DNA of 62,782 nt, the filler included, from Nemertoderma westbladi (Eukaryota > Animalia > Xenacoelomorpha), in the NCBI GenBank assembly GCA_032718475.1. It is 4 parts of 4 records of this genome, joined end to end, with 100 filler letters (N's around TTAATTAATTAA, not from the genome) between each part and the next. Parts side by side here need not be neighbours in the genome. Positions count along the whole stretch, not along the records: positions 55,593 to 62,782 come from JAUCBJ010002944.1; 3 more parts are not named here. The stretch is one strand, 5' to 3'. The position numbers were made by a program, and so were the translations under genes. The notes below the pieces were generated by a model. That model had not been told where the DNA came from and searched no databases. It worked only from the letters and a program-made list of their open reading frames with translations. Below are positions 60,863 to 62,782 of this stretch, piece after piece. How positions within the stretch are numbered: the stretch's first letter is position 1; the number at the start of each line of letters is the position of its first letter.

Positions 60863-62452
60863 ATGGATGGCGACAAAGATTTAGTCCTCCGTAAACGCCA
60901 ACTAAGCGACTTCAAGTTACTCAAAAAGATCGGAGAAGGAAGTTATTCCCTCGTATTCCGAGCTAAGGAACTCAGCACTGACAAAGAGTTCGCTATTAAA
61001 GTAATCGAAAAACGAAAAGTAATAGCTGCGAAAAAAGGCCACCAAGTTAATCGGGAAAAGGATATTTTAAGTAGAGTATCCACTCATCCTTTATTCGTTA
61101 AACTGTATTACACATTCCAGGATACGAATCATTTGTTTTTCGTTTTGAGTATAGCTAAGAACCGTGACCTTGTACCTTATCTAAATAGACTAGGTAGTTT
61201 TGACGAAGAGTGCACCGCTTTCTACACAGCAGAAATACTCGTCGCTCTAGAATTCCTCCATGGATTAGGTTGTATCCATCGCGACTTAAAACCCGAGAAC
61301 GTACTTCTCGGAGCCGACATGCACATTCAGTTGTGCGACTTCGGTACAGCCAAGTTCATATCGAACAGTAAAGGGGTTGTAGGAGGTGGCGACTCCATCG
61401 GTTCCCCTCCTTGCAGTGGCGATTCTACCGGCAGCAGCGACGGTAGCTCCTCTTCTAGTCCTCGGAGTGCCGGAGATTCGGTTGAAACTCGCACGCGAAG
61501 TAACTCCTTCGAAGGAACCGCCATGTACGTCTCCCCCGAGATGCTAAGCAACAAGATAGCGACACCCGCGTCCGACTTGTGGGCTTTAGGTTGCATTATC
61601 TACCAACTTCTCTCAGGTTTACCCCCTTTCTGCGCGCCCAACGAGTATCTTATATTCCAGAAGATAATCGCGGTAGATTACGAATTCCCTCAGGGTTTCC
61701 CCGAGGCCGGGAGGGATTTAGTCGATAAGTTAATCGTTTCTGATCCTTTTAAACGTATCGGTTGCTCCTGGACTCAGGCTGTAGATTACTCTGATATAAA
61801 GAAACATTCTTTCTACTCCGGCATCGATTGGTTTAACATCGCTAGCTTGGAGCCCCCGAGAATCCTCCCTTACCTCCCATCCAGCAGCGCCAACGAGGAG
61901 CCCCTCCGAAGCAACTTCACTCATCCTCAAGCTGATTCAGATGATGAAGACGATATATTCAATTCAGCGGAACTCGCCAATCTTTACTTTAACAACGTCG
62001 ATCTGCGGGGAGGCATCCCGATCTGTGTCCCAACCTCTTCCGCCTCCAACTCGTTGGGGAGGCGAGCCTCGGGGTTAACTATCACCGCGGAAGAACGCGA
62101 AAACAAACTCACTGTTCAAAAGTTGGAGAACGTCTACCACTCCTTTGTGGAAGACAATCTTATAATCCGGCAGGGTTTGATAGATAAGCGTAAAGGATTG
62201 TTCGCTCGACGGCGAATGCTTTTACTTACTGAGGGGCCCAAACTCTATTACGTTGATCCTCAGCATAAAGTCCTTAAGGGTAAGATCCCGTTCACGCGGG
62301 AACTCCGAGTCGAAGCCAAGAACTTTCGCACGTTTTTCATTCACACGCCGCGACGGACCTACTACCTCACTGATATCGACGGAATGGCCCACGAATGGTG
62401 TAAAACTATAAACGAGGTATCAGAACGAGCCTTCTCACCTCCGGATCCCTAA
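60863..62452 (+). CDS. PDPK1: 3-phosphoinositide-dependent protein kinase 1 (kinase + C-terminal PH domain), single exon
   Basis: GEGSYS, FAIKV, HRDLKPEN, DFGTAK, RSNSF.GTA.YVSPE, SDLWALGCIIYQL, NEYLIFQKII; PH KRKGLFARRRMLLLTEGPKLYYVDP...FFIHTPRRTYYL; gccATGg Kozak context. Confidence 0.97.
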   Translation: MDGDKDLVLRKRQLSDFKLLKKIGEGSYSLVFRAKELSTDKEFAIKVIEKRKVIAAKKGHQVNREKDILSRVSTHPLFVKLYYTFQDTNHLFFVLSIAKNRDLVPYLNRLGSFDEECTAFYTAEILVALEFLHGLGCIHRDLKPENVLLGADMHIQLCDFGTAKFISNSKGVVGGGDSIGSPPCSGDSTGSSDGSSSSSPRSAGDSVETRTRSNSFEGTAMYVSPEMLSNKIATPASDLWALGCIIYQLLSGLPPFCAPNEYLIFQKIIAVDYEFPQGFPEAGRDLVDKLIVSDPFKRIGCSWTQAVDYSDIKKHSFYSGIDWFNIASLEPPRILPYLPSSSANEEPLRSNFTHPQADSDDEDDIFNSAELANLYFNNVDLRGGIPICVPTSSASNSLGRRASGLTITAEERENKLTVQKLENVYHSFVEDNLIIRQGLIDKRKGLFARRRMLLLTEGPKLYYVDPQHKVLKGKIPFTRELRVEAKNFRTFFIHTPRRTYYLTDIDGMAHEWCKTINEVSERAFSPPDP

Positions 62453-62782
62453 TATTTATAACTAATTATTATACTTTACTTACCGGTAAATAAAGTTAAT
62501 TATTTTTGCCGGTATTATTGCAGTTTATTTTCGTTAATAGTTTTTGGAATATATAATTCATAAAAGCAACAAATCTAATGTTATAAATATTACATAACAG
62601 ATGTAGAACTAACAACTATTGTTATTGTTATATTATTGGCACTTTATTAGACTCTGTTAATAAGAATAAATTCAATTTAATACTGTAATTTTTAAAGCGA
62701 AAGTAATAAATATATTGTTTAGTTTAATGTTCACAAATTGAAAGTCTAAATTATTGCAATATTAATAATGTTTGTTTATTTC

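Noticed and set aside
61327-61930. Minus-strand ORFs inside PDPK1
   Set aside because: Antisense shadows of a GC-richer coding sequence

Overview
AT-rich animal (probably invertebrate) genomic scaffold with three 100-bp assembly gaps. Two host genes face away from each other: the first two coding exons of a PACSIN/syndapin F-BAR gene on the minus strand (8896-9136 and 608-723, joined by an 8.2-kb phase-1 intron) and an intronless PDPK1/PDK1 kinase+PH gene on the plus strand (60863-62452). The ~52 kb between them and the PACSIN intron are nested transposon debris: RTE-like LINEs with (TAG)n tails, CR1-group LINE fragments, tRNA-derived SINEs, Helentron/DINE-like elements, piggyBac, Tc1, hAT and other MITEs, minisatellites, and a nearly intact Mag-like Gypsy element. 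Three items stand out. (1) A degenerate LTR retrotransposon (24169-28586) has TA...TA termini, a DIRS-like HIN-x-x-EL RNase H, a GGGAAAC -1 frameshift site, and a primer-binding site complementary to the 5' 12 nt of a tRNA-Lys-type sequence rather than a tRNA 3' CCA end. (2) An IS3EU-like DNA transposon (35441-38936; TAT...ATA ends, 6-bp TSD) carries a HECT-ligase-like passenger ORF convergent with its transposase. (3) An inverted pair of tRNA-like Pol III elements just upstream of PDK1 has a hammerhead-ribozyme fold between the A and B boxes. All family assignments come from motif recognition by eye; no searches were run.
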